Below, one piece after another: positions 53,520-64,000 of a stretch of 64,000 nt of DNA. Positions within the stretch are counted from its first letter, which is position 1. Each line of letters opens with the position of its first letter. Origin of the DNA: Octopus sinensis (taxonomy: Eukaryota); contig NC_043001.1 of NCBI RefSeq assembly GCF_006345805.1, positions 79,050,001 through 79,114,000 on the forward strand, written 5' to 3'. Both the position numbers and the translations under genes were made by a program. The notes beneath the pieces were generated by a model. It was not told the DNA's origin, made no database searches, and saw nothing but the letters and a program-made list of their open reading frames with translations.

Positions 53520-54815
53520 TAATAATAATAATAATAATAATAACAACAACAACAGCACAACAACTATGATGATGATGTAGAAAAGAAGAAGAAAAATGAA
53601 TAGGGTCTTTGCTTAAAAATTCCTATAGAACGAGAGTCAATGTGTGCTGGTGACCTTAATTGAAATAAACAAACATAGGAGACGTGCATTAAATGGGATA
53701 TTCACATGACTTGATCAAAAGGATCTCTACTCCTTTTTATCTTATGAAGTTGTTTAAAATGGAAATTTTGCTTGAGGAAAATAAAAAAAGGGGGTAATGT
53801 TGCAATATCGTTAAGGACAGAGTATTATAATACTGAATATGATTTTTTTGTTTGTGTGTGTATGTATGGTTACCATCATGAGACTCTCGAAATTTTTTTG
53901 TATTTAACGTTATAAAAAAATACTGTGGTTAGTGTTGTGCGGGGAGAATCTTGGGTGTGGTTGGATAAATATTTATTGAGCTAGGTTGATGCAACAATGT
54001 TTGGCAAGTGATAACGTATCGCGGGTATTAGTGCATGCAGTGGTGAATCATCATATTGGTTGTTGATATAGTTTGTGTTTTATTAATATTTGTATTACTC
54101 TTTCTTTGACTTCTTTTTGAATGGTATCCTTTCAATCTTTACTGTGTTGAATTTATATTGTCTGCTTTGTACTAATATCAACGATGTTGGATATGGATAT
54201 AATGTTTTGCGTTAGAGAAAAAAATTACTTATTTTCTGTTTATTCTTTTGGCGATTGTTTTAGTGATATCTTGACCAGAGGTTAGAGACAATATACCATC
54301 AAGTATTGATAAGATAAAATACCAATAAAATAATAGTGCTGTATCTCATACACCCCTGGTGTTGTATAGATTCTAAACACTATTTGAAACAAGATAAAAA
54401 GAGGGAGAGAGAGAAGTAGAAAGAGAAAGACAATCAGAGAAAGAGAGGGGAAGAAAAATGAGAGAGGTAGAGAGGGGACGGTGTATACATTCTATCATAA
54501 GTTAATATATTGTTATACATGTGTGCTTTAAATGTCAGTCATGATTCTACAAAGATATAAATGTTTCATTTTAATAACACAATTTCGTATGGAGTCACTT
54601 GGCAAACAAGTGTATACTCTGAAATATATTATTTATATTATGCAGATTTCTTTATGATAGTTATCATTTGCTGTCATTATTCATAAGAAGACGTATTCTT
54701 CTTCAGTTCCACAACCTCAAAGCTCCTGCGGCTGTTTATCATTGCGTTATGTTGTCACAATGAAACTAAATATATGTGTATTAAATATATTGTGCGTGAT
54801 TTTTTTCGTGAATAT

Positions 54816-54905
<90 letters not shown>

Positions 54906-54986
54906 ATGAATATATATAGATAAGAAGTTTTTGCGTAATGAGATAAAAAAACAAGGCTGTATAGATATTACAGCATTCATAGATAG

Positions 54987-55038
54987 GTCTTAGAGCTGTT
55001 TCTAGGATATTTATTAATTATATCCCTTCATCGGAGAC
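54987..55038 (-). ncRNA. Degenerate minimal hammerhead (two core-adjacent substitutions)
   Basis: Reverse strand gucu CCGAUGA a-gggaua-loop-uauccu-a GAAAC agcu CUA agac. Confidence 0.5.
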
Positions 55039-56699
55039 GGTGTGAGAGGAAAAATTAAGTCATAGTTAGTTTAGATGTGATACAAAATTGAGAGTGAGGT
55101 GGAGGAAAGAAAATAGATGTAGGATATGTATGGGTATTGAATTCGTAAATCCGTTTTATAGGCATAATGGTATATATGCAATATTCCAATATCATTTGAG
55201 TAAAATCCAAAAGTCCAACAGAGTTTAATATGAGTCCATCCAACTGTAAAGTTTATAAGCAAAGTAAGATTCTATGCACGAAAAATATGTGTTTGGGTGT
55301 GTGAACATGTATTATGTGTTTTCTAGGTACGTATACGTGTGTGTGTCTGCACGTGTCCTTTGTCTGTGCGTTTCTATGTTATCGGTGGCCGAAGAGTTAA
55401 AAAAAGTGTTCTCAGTCATGCATAACGTGTTGGCTTTAGTGAATTTTTAAAACTAGTTTTTCACATAGATTGGAAACATGAAAGTGGAATTTGTTGGAGG
55501 GAAATCGTATGGGGATCTGTCAAATAAATTCTAATTTTAATTCAAAGGGCCAGATTTATCAAACACTTCACAACTCTAGTTCAGTTTGAGGTTTGCATTG
55601 ATGGTGCAATGCTATTTGGAATACTCAGACTGTTAGATTATTACTAATACACAAATATTTTAGATGAATGCTCAACAAAAACAGTCATTGCCAAAATGAC
55701 TACCAGGAACTTTTAGCGTTACTTTTTGCTATCATTTAATTTTTATACACTGTGCGTAACCATACAATGTACATATTTAAGCACTAATCAGAACACAGCC
55801 AGTGAAATCACATAAAATGTTAGAACCTTGAAGGTAATATGCATTACATGATCAAAAAAGCGAAAAATGATAAATTGCGTATCCACACAACAAATACCTA
55901 AATATGGTACAGACTAGATCCTGGATATATCATGTAAGAAATAGTATAGCTCTTTAAATACAGTAAAGCTAGCGTTGAATATATAGATATAAAATTACAT
56001 TAATAGAAGGTCACACCGCACTAGAAATGCCGTGCTTTAGAATATTCTGGTTGGGCACTAATTTGTAATAATTCTAAAGTGGAATAAATCTGAGGGTACA
56101 CGATTGTGCCGTTCAGTGCACCCCGTTAGCGATAAGCACACATAGCCATTTGGGTAGCAAAAATGTTGTTCGATTACATCAAAACTATTACCTGACAGGT
56201 TTCTATTTTATCGACTTAGAAATGATGGAGAGCCAAAGTAAACATCAATAGAATTTGAACTCAAAACTTAAGGAGCAGGAAGAAATTCCACTGAGTATTT
56301 TGCCCTAAACGCTTCCGAATCTAACAGCTCGACGCCATTTAAGAAACTCTAACATAAACATATTTACTAATAACAAGCTCACCAGCCGTCCCACCCAGTT
56401 AAGCACCCCAACTGCAAAATTTAACCACTGAAGGCAACTTGAACGCACTCAACACGTCTTGAGTTTTAAATGTTGCTCTCAAAACTTGATACAGGGCCAG
56501 CAGTTTTGGAGGGAGGGGCTAAGTCGATGTAATTGACTCCAGTGCTCAACTGGTACTTGTTTTATTGACCTCGAAAATATGAAAGGCAATGTCAACCTCT
56601 ACGGAATTTGAACTCAGAACATCGAGAGGGACGAAATGCCGGAAAGCATCTGGACCAATGTGCTAACTATTCTATCAGATCACCACCTTTAGGCTTTTA

Positions 56700-57230
56700 A
56701 ATATTATCGGTTAAAAGAAGTAGGATAGTGTGATACTGCAAAACGTTTTCACATCCGTAAAAGAATTCACTCCAACATACGCACAAACTCCACCTAGCCA
56801 ACGATCTTCTGGATGTTAACGTCTGTTCTTCATGTTTATCACAAGATGTACACAGCGAATATATATACAAGGTCTTAATGATCGCCTGAACATTTGAAGA
56901 TCTCTGTTTGTAGTTGCAGTAAGATTCAATCTTCACAGTCAGTGACACTACATGAAGTATCATCTCCAACATGCAGACTTGTATTCAATACATCTAGATC
57001 ACTAATAGTACAACATCTTTACATCTGTCTACAAATATAAAGATTCCATTCTCATTTAAGTAGCTTGGCATCAATAGTGTCATTGTTACCAAGCATTCTG
57101 CTGTAGAAAAGTGAGAGAACAACAGCTCGACAGCAGTACAAAATTAGCTAAATAGTTCATTCTGCATGCCATAGTATACATCACTGAACGCCGAAACACG
57201 CAGTCATCAGGTGGAGTTATGAAACAACTA
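56700..57230 (-). pseudogene. Heavily decayed RTE-like RT fragment
   Basis: GVQ*CIL (GVxQGC-like) and VGDD...CED*ILLQL (YADD region). Confidence 0.4.
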
Positions 57231-57559
57231 ATTCACCGATCACAGCTTCTCAGTCGGCTGTCTGTCATAGGACTGCTTGATTAAGGCTGCCTTGAGATTA
57301 ATTAAAATTCATAGCAACTAACTCTAATGTGAAGAGCACATAATCTACAACAAAACTACAACATTATATCACACAACTGCACCACCATATAATATACATA
57401 CAGTATCACACAGACACGTAGAGTACATGAAACATTTCCTCACAAAATGCAATACACAGCAGCACACACAAACGTTACCGCATACAGAATACCTCATAGC
57501 ATAACACACACAAAAATCATTGTAACAACCACATACACACTCACGCACAAGCGAAAGAC

Positions 57560-57795
57560 ATATATAATTCTTTATTGCCTACAAGGGGCTAAACACAGTG
57601 GGGACAAACAAGGACAGACAAAGGGATTAAGTCGATTACATCGACCCCAGTGCAAATCTGGTACTTTATTTATCGACCTCGAAAGGATGAAAGGCAAAGT
57701 CCACCTCGGTGGAATTTGAACTCGGAACGTAACGACAGACGAAATACGGCTACGCATTTCGCCCGGCGTGCTAACGTTTCTGCCAGCTCGCCGCG
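57560..57795 (-). mobile_element. SINE family A (head, core, spacer)
   Basis: Well preserved reverse copy with A and B boxes. Confidence 0.85.
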
Positions 57796-58559
57796 TTTTA
57801 GACATATAACCAAGACTAAACCTCACACTAAACCATCGTACGTGACACATACGGTCTTATAATGCATATACACCACCAATCAACATACACATGCCACTAC
57901 TGCCAAACATACACACACTCACACACATTACTACACAGTACACACAGTTTCACACACATGAAATTAAACATACACTTCGAAACATGCCGCATACAACACC
58001 TTAAAATATGCAGATACAATCACACGTGCATATCACCATCTCACACACACACACACACACGTATGTGTGTGTGTTTCTGTGTGCGAGCATGTGTACTACA
58101 TAACATAAGCACATACATACACATGCAGAGAAACATCAACACGCTATAATGCACATCACAGGCCGATATATGTACGTTGAATACTCCATACACAGACCCA
58201 TACACCTGCTCGTATACACGCCACAACCACACGCATTCACTCCATCACACACGCCACCGCCGCAACCACCATTCACCACCAACACCAACAACAACTACAA
58301 CCAAAACAAAAGCAATATAACATGTTTTCCGGACATGTTCATAAATGGAAATTTTTTTGTAAAAAAATGACGAAAATTCGATATATTCCTGTAGCCCTAA
58401 CATTTCTTGGGATTGACACAGGAGTTAGAAAAGTTTGACTTGTATGGAAAAAAATTTTAAAAAACATCCTTTTGCCGGCATGGGAGAGTTTATATACTTA
58501 CGTATATGTATCTAGCAATGAGTGAGTGCGTTGTGTTTATGAACTTGTACAATGACTAG

Positions 58560-58595
<36 letters not shown>

Positions 58596-58909
58596 CAGGC
58601 TATTTCTTTTTTTCCCTTTCTGCTTCCTCTGCTTCTCTGCTTATGTATCTAACTATAAATATTTATCCACATACAGACAAACCCATACCGGCACACAATA
58701 CTTGTGCAAATTTTAAATCATACATGTGTATATATGTATCTTATCGTATGTATGTATGTATGTATGTATTTATTTATGAATGTATATATATGTACGTAAT
58801 TCGATCGCCTGAGCCCGGCAAACAAGGTCCTTGAATGGAATTATGGAAAGTGTAAGTCGTATGGTGTCAAATCAAAGTGTTTTACATAATATACGCATAT
58901 ACATTCATA

Positions 58910-58950
<41 letters not shown>

Positions 58951-58952
<2 letters not shown>

Positions 58953-59115
58953 CTCAGGAGTGGCTGTGTGGTAAGTAGCTGGCGTACCAACCACATGGTT
59001 CTGTGTTCAGTCCAACTACATGGAACCTTGGGCAAGTGTCTTCTACTATAGCCTTGGGCCGACCATTGCCTTTTGTGTGGATTTGGTAGACAGAAACTGA
59101 AAGAAACCTGTCGCA
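58951..59115 (+). mobile_element. SINE family B
   Basis: ggctcaggagtggctgtgtggtaagtagc...gttcagtcc...accttgggcaagtgtcttctactatagcc. Starts in (TA)n. Confidence 0.85.
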
Positions 59116-59125
59116 TATGTGTATG

Positions 59126-59172
<47 letters not shown>

Positions 59173-59869
59173 TTATATATATATAAAGACTTATACGTGC
59201 CTGTGTGCATCTATACATATATATATGTGAATGTATATGCTTGTATGTATATATTATATGCACACACACGCTCACGAACACACACACACACACACACCAC
59301 ACATACACATATACACAAGCATATATAGACAGAGACACATAGATACAAATAAATATCTTCATAGATAGGGAAGTATATGCATACATACATGTAAATATGC
59401 TCATACTCACACACTGAAATATATCGCAAATGATTCATCTTAGTCAAATAATCACGCACAAAAAAATATATATTCACATTTCTTTCCTTTCGTCGCACAT
59501 TTCTGCACCAGAATGCCTAATATGATCCAGTAAATTGCGGAATTATAATCTATCTAATAATTTACATCAGCTTGTGTATTTTCTTAATATTGCGTTCAAG
59601 GCGCTTCCGTAACGGAGATGTAAGAATTCTAAAAGAATCTAAGCTGAGTTCACATAACTACGAAATACAACACTCGCTCTTTCTCTCACACCCTTTTTGT
59701 CCTTCTCTTTCTCCCTTTCTCTCTGTCCCTGTTTTTCCGTCTGGCTGTCTCTATATATATGTATATATATGCCCCTGTAAATATACATATATATATGTAT
59801 ATATATGTATGCATATATATATTCTTTTGTTCTTTTATCCTCTTATATATACACAGACACACACAGACA

Positions 59870-59943
<74 letters not shown>

Positions 59944-59949
59944 AGAGAA

Positions 59950-59980
<31 letters not shown>

Positions 59981-59989
59981 GAGATCGCT

Positions 59990-60163
59990 ATCCACTACAC
60001 ATTCTTTATTTTCTCTCCTTGTTTCTTTCTGTGTTCTTTTCTGTGGAAGAGCGTAGGCTCGAAACGTTAAAGACTTTTTCACTTCCCAAGCGTTATACTA
60101 ATACATCTGTCTGTTGTCTAAACCACCTGTCTTGTTTTTTTGTGAATTCTCCCCGTATATATT

Positions 60164-60165
<2 letters not shown>
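59990..60165 (+). mobile_element. PLE terminal fragment with degenerate hammerhead (60036-60074), abutting (TA)n
   Basis: cuuuu CUGUGGA a gagc-guag-gcuc GAAAC GUU aaaga. Confidence 0.5.
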
Positions 60166-60228
<63 letters not shown>

Positions 60229-60679
60229 ACACATATATATATATATATGCATACGTATTCATAGACATAAAAACATACACATACACATATCCATTTATCT
60301 CTGTCTGGCTCCCACCTCCGCTCTCTCTGTATACATATATACATGTATATGTGTATGTGTGTGCGTGTGCGTGTGTGTTTGCACAGTAAATATACATTTG
60401 AGCATCAATATATGTTGCTATGAATGTCACCAGTCTCGCTCTCACTCACCGATTCAGTCCTTCACACTTTCTCTCCGTATTTTTTTTCTGAATTCTCTCT
60501 CTCCATGCTCCTTTCTTTCCCTCTATCAATACAGCTTCACCACATACTCTCCTCATGAACCACTTCCATTTCTTTCTGTCTGTTTTTCTCTCACGATTCC
60601 GCGTCTTTAAACTCCATCATTTCTCCCTTTCATTCTCATCCCGCTACTTTGTAATTCATTCAGTCGCTCTTTCTATTCT

Positions 60680-60714
<35 letters not shown>

Positions 60715-60956
60715 CCTCTCGCTATCTCTCTCTTAATCTCTCTCTCTCTCTCTCTCTCTCTATGTCTTCCTGATTTTTCTTTACCCTTTTTCTCTATCAA
60801 ACACCACCCTTCTAGCTCGTTGTTCAAGTCATAACATGGCACCAGATAGTTGAATGAGATAAGACAGAAAGTTGACCAGAGGACAAGATACGAGCAGACG
60901 ATAATAAAGGCACCTACTCACACAGAAACACACACACATGCACACACACACACACA

Positions 60957-61310
60957 ACACGGATACACACACACACACGGATACACACACACACACGGAT
61001 ACACACACACATACGGATACACACACACACACGGATACACACACACACGCACATACGGATACATACACGCACACACACACACACGGATACACACACACAC
61101 ACGGATACACACACACACACGGATACACACACACACACGGATACACACACACACACGGATACACACACACACACGGATACACACACCCACACACACACAC
61201 GGATACACACACCCACACACACATACGGATACATACACACACACACACGGATACACACACACACACACACACACACACATACGGATACATATACGCACAC
61301 ACGCGCGCAC
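60957..61310. repeat. Minisatellite ACGGATAC(AC)n
   Basis: More than 15 units of about 14-20 bp. Length varies only in the number of AC dinucleotides. Confidence 0.9.
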
Positions 61311-61779
61311 GGATACATACATACATACATACACCGACGCATTCATATATACACAGACAAATATACACATGCACGCATAGACGCAGGAAAAGGTTATCAT
61401 TCTTAAAAATCTTCTTCATCTTTCCAGATGATGTGTTCAGGAGAATTTCAATGAAAATGTTGATGATATGTTTAGAGATAAACGGGATAGCGGCAGTGTT
61501 GAAGCTGTTGTTGTTATTATTATTGTTGTTGTTGTTGCTAATGACGATCTTAATGACGATGTTCCTGATGGTGGTGGTGTCGGTATATTGGATCATAGTG
61601 GTGGTAGAGGCGATATTCTAATGTTAATAGTGATACTGTGGTGTTGGTGTTGGTAGTTCTGTTAGTGGTGGTGGTGGTGGTGCCTGTGTTGATGGCGAAG
61701 GTCTTGTAATAGGTAGTGTTGGTGATATTAGTGAAAATGCTATTGTTGTTATTATTAGTAGCTGTTAGACGGCGGCGAG

Positions 61780-62237
61780 CTGGTAGAATCGTTAGCACGC
61801 CAAACAATACGCTTTGCAGCATTTCATCCGTCTTTACGTTCTAAAGTTCAAAATCCGCTGAGGTCGTGTTTGCCTTTTGTGCTTTCAGAGTCGATAAAAT
61901 AAAATCAAGTTGAGTACTGGGGCCAATGTAAACGACGGGTCCTCTCTCCCATAATTTCAGGCCTTGTGCATATAGTAGAAGATATTATTATTATTATTAT
62001 GATTATTATTATTCGACTTGGGAACGATTTTTTTAAGGCGCTGAGCTGGTAGAATCTATAGCATCCCGGGCGAAATGGTTAGCGATATTTCGACCGTTGT
62101 TATGTTCTGAGTTCAAATTCTACCGAGGTCTACTCTCCTTTCATTCTTTAGGAGAAAAGTACCAGCTCAGTACTGGGGTCAGGGTAAGCGACTTTCCACT
62201 CCCCAAAATTTCAAGCATTATGCCTATTGTAGAAAGG

Positions 62238-62284
<47 letters not shown>

Positions 62285-63800
62285 CATTATTAATATTATT
62301 ATTAAGGCGGCGAGCCACAAGAATCGCTTGTACACTGAACGAAATACTTAGCGGTATTTCGCCTGCCGTTACCTTCTGAGTTCAAATTCCACCGGAGTCG
62401 ACTTTGCCTTTCATCCTTTCGGGGTCGATTAAATAAGTACCAGTTACTCATTGGGGTCGATATAATCGACTTAATCCGTTTGTCTGTCCTTCTTTATCCT
62501 CTCTGTGTTTAGCCCCTTGTGGATAGTAAAGAAATAGGTATTTCGCCCGTCGCTACGTTCTGAGTTCAAATTCCGCCGAGCTCGACTTTGCCTTTCATAG
62601 TATTAGGTTCGATAAATTAAATACATATTGCGCACTGGAGTCGATATAATCGACTGGGCCTCTTCCCCAAAATTTCAGGCCTTGTGCCTATAGTAGAAAT
62701 GATTATTAAGGAGATGGAGTGGTACAATCGTTAACAGGCAGAGCAAATTTCTTAGCACCAGTTCGTCCGTGTTTGCGTTCTCGGTTCAAAATTTAACTGA
62801 CGTCGACTTTGCCTTTCATTCTTTCGGAGCCGACAGAATAAGTACCACTTGCTCATGGGGTCGATGTAATCAATTAGACCTCTCTCCCAATACTTCAGAT
62901 TTTGTACATATAGTAGAGTTGATAATTAGTGACGCTAGTTCAGTACGACAGACAAAATGCTTAACGGCATTTTTTCCTCTTTACATTCTGAGTACAAATC
63001 CCATCGATGTCGACTTTGTCTTTCATATTTCCAGGTCGATAAAAAAGGGTACCAATTGATTCTTGAGGTTGGAATAATCGGAAAGGCCCCTCCACAGAAA
63101 AAATTTCAGAACTTTTAACATTTTTATTACCCACAAGGGGCTAAACACAGAGGAGACAAACAAGGACAGCAAACGGATTAAGTCGGTTACATCGACCCAA
63201 GGGCGTAACTGGTACCTAACTTATCGACCCCGAAAGGATGAAAGGCAAAGTCGACCTCGGCGGAATTTTAACACAGAATGTAACGACAAACGAAATACCT
63301 ACTTCTTTACTACCCACAAGGGGCTAAACACAGAGAGGACAAACAAGGACAGACACACGGATTAATCGATTATATCGATCCCAGTGCGTAACTGATACTT
63401 ATTTAATCGACACCGAAAGGATGAATGGCAAAGTCGTCATCGGCGGAATTTGAACTCAGAACGAATCGGCAGACAAAATACCGCTAAGCATTTCACCCGG
63501 CGTGCTAACAATTCTGAGCAGCTCACCGCCTTCAGAAAGTTCAGAAAAAATTTCAGAACTCGTGCCAAGAACAGAAATGATTATTGGTAGTGGTGATGTT
63601 GGTCAGACAATCAACCGGCACAATCGTTAGTATATCGGACAAAATACTGAGTAGCATTTATTCCGGTTTTTTAATTTCTGAGTTCAAAAGGTTAACTTTG
63701 CCTTTCATCATTACGGGATTGTTAAGGTTAGGTACATTTCAAGTACTGGTGATGACGTATTCGAATTGCTCCCCTCCATCTCATCTCACATCTGGTGGCT
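61780..63800. mobile_element. Dense cluster of at least 7 SINE family A copies in both orientations
   Basis: + copies near 61785, 62035, 62304, 62710, 62930 and 63620. A - multimer lies at 63125-63532. Confidence 0.85.
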
Positions 63801-64000
63801 TTATGTCAAAAATTAGAAATATTCAGGGTGTCGGTAGTGGTTCAAGGTGGTGTTTTAAGTTCGTGATGTTTGCGACAATGTTGCCGCTAGCAGTGCAGTG
63901 TTCGTGATACAGGTTGTATTCTTGGCGGTAGTGGTTGTGTTGTGGGGGTGATTGTGTTAATGGTGAAGGTGATGGTGGATGGTCTGTTAGTGGTGAAGTT

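Noticed and set aside
57200-57240. CTGATGA on - and GAAAC...GTC on +
   Set aside because: The two halves are on opposite strands, and the region fits a decayed RT GVxQGC motif.
60957-61310. Regularly spaced repeats superficially like a CRISPR array
   Set aside because: The spacers are only (AC)n with no unique content, the context is eukaryotic and there are no cas genes. It is a minisatellite.
2970-61600. Dozens of 60-255 aa ORFs rich in YI, VC, HT, poly-I, poly-D, poly-H or poly-S
   Set aside because: They are translations of (TA)n, (TG)n, (CA)n, (ATT)n, (GAT)n and (AGT)n microsatellites, which lack stops in some frames.
61427-61620. Strong acceptor followed by open frame DDVFRRISMKMLMICLE...
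   Set aside because: It runs straight into degenerate (GTT/GAT)n repeats, with no donor and no recognisable homology.

Overview
AT-rich, microsatellite-saturated, non-coding eukaryotic DNA. The SINE families and the repeat landscape look like an octopus (coleoid cephalopod) intron or intergenic region; this is an inference and was not checked against a database. No intact host gene was recognised, only weak exon candidates. Most ORFs in the supplied track are translations of (TA)n, (CA)n, (ATAC)n, (AAT)n and (CAT)n repeats. The rest of the window is decayed transposons: tRNA-derived SINEs, Tc1/mariner relics and MITEs, Hero, R4/Dong and RTE LINE fragments, non-autonomous Helitron/Helentron elements, a hAT-type MITE, and Penelope-like elements (PLEs). 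The main hidden signal is a set of minimal type I hammerhead ribozymes carried by PLE termini. Three are near-intact (13998-14040 +, 14325-14362 +, 18671-18710 -) and about six are degenerate. Several are nested in (TA)n tracts, many have an unusual A just before GAAA, and one sits beside an antisense hairpin that would mask its catalytic core. A SINE-mediated ~779 bp tandem duplication and a SINE family with a repeatable 184 bp internal module are also visible.
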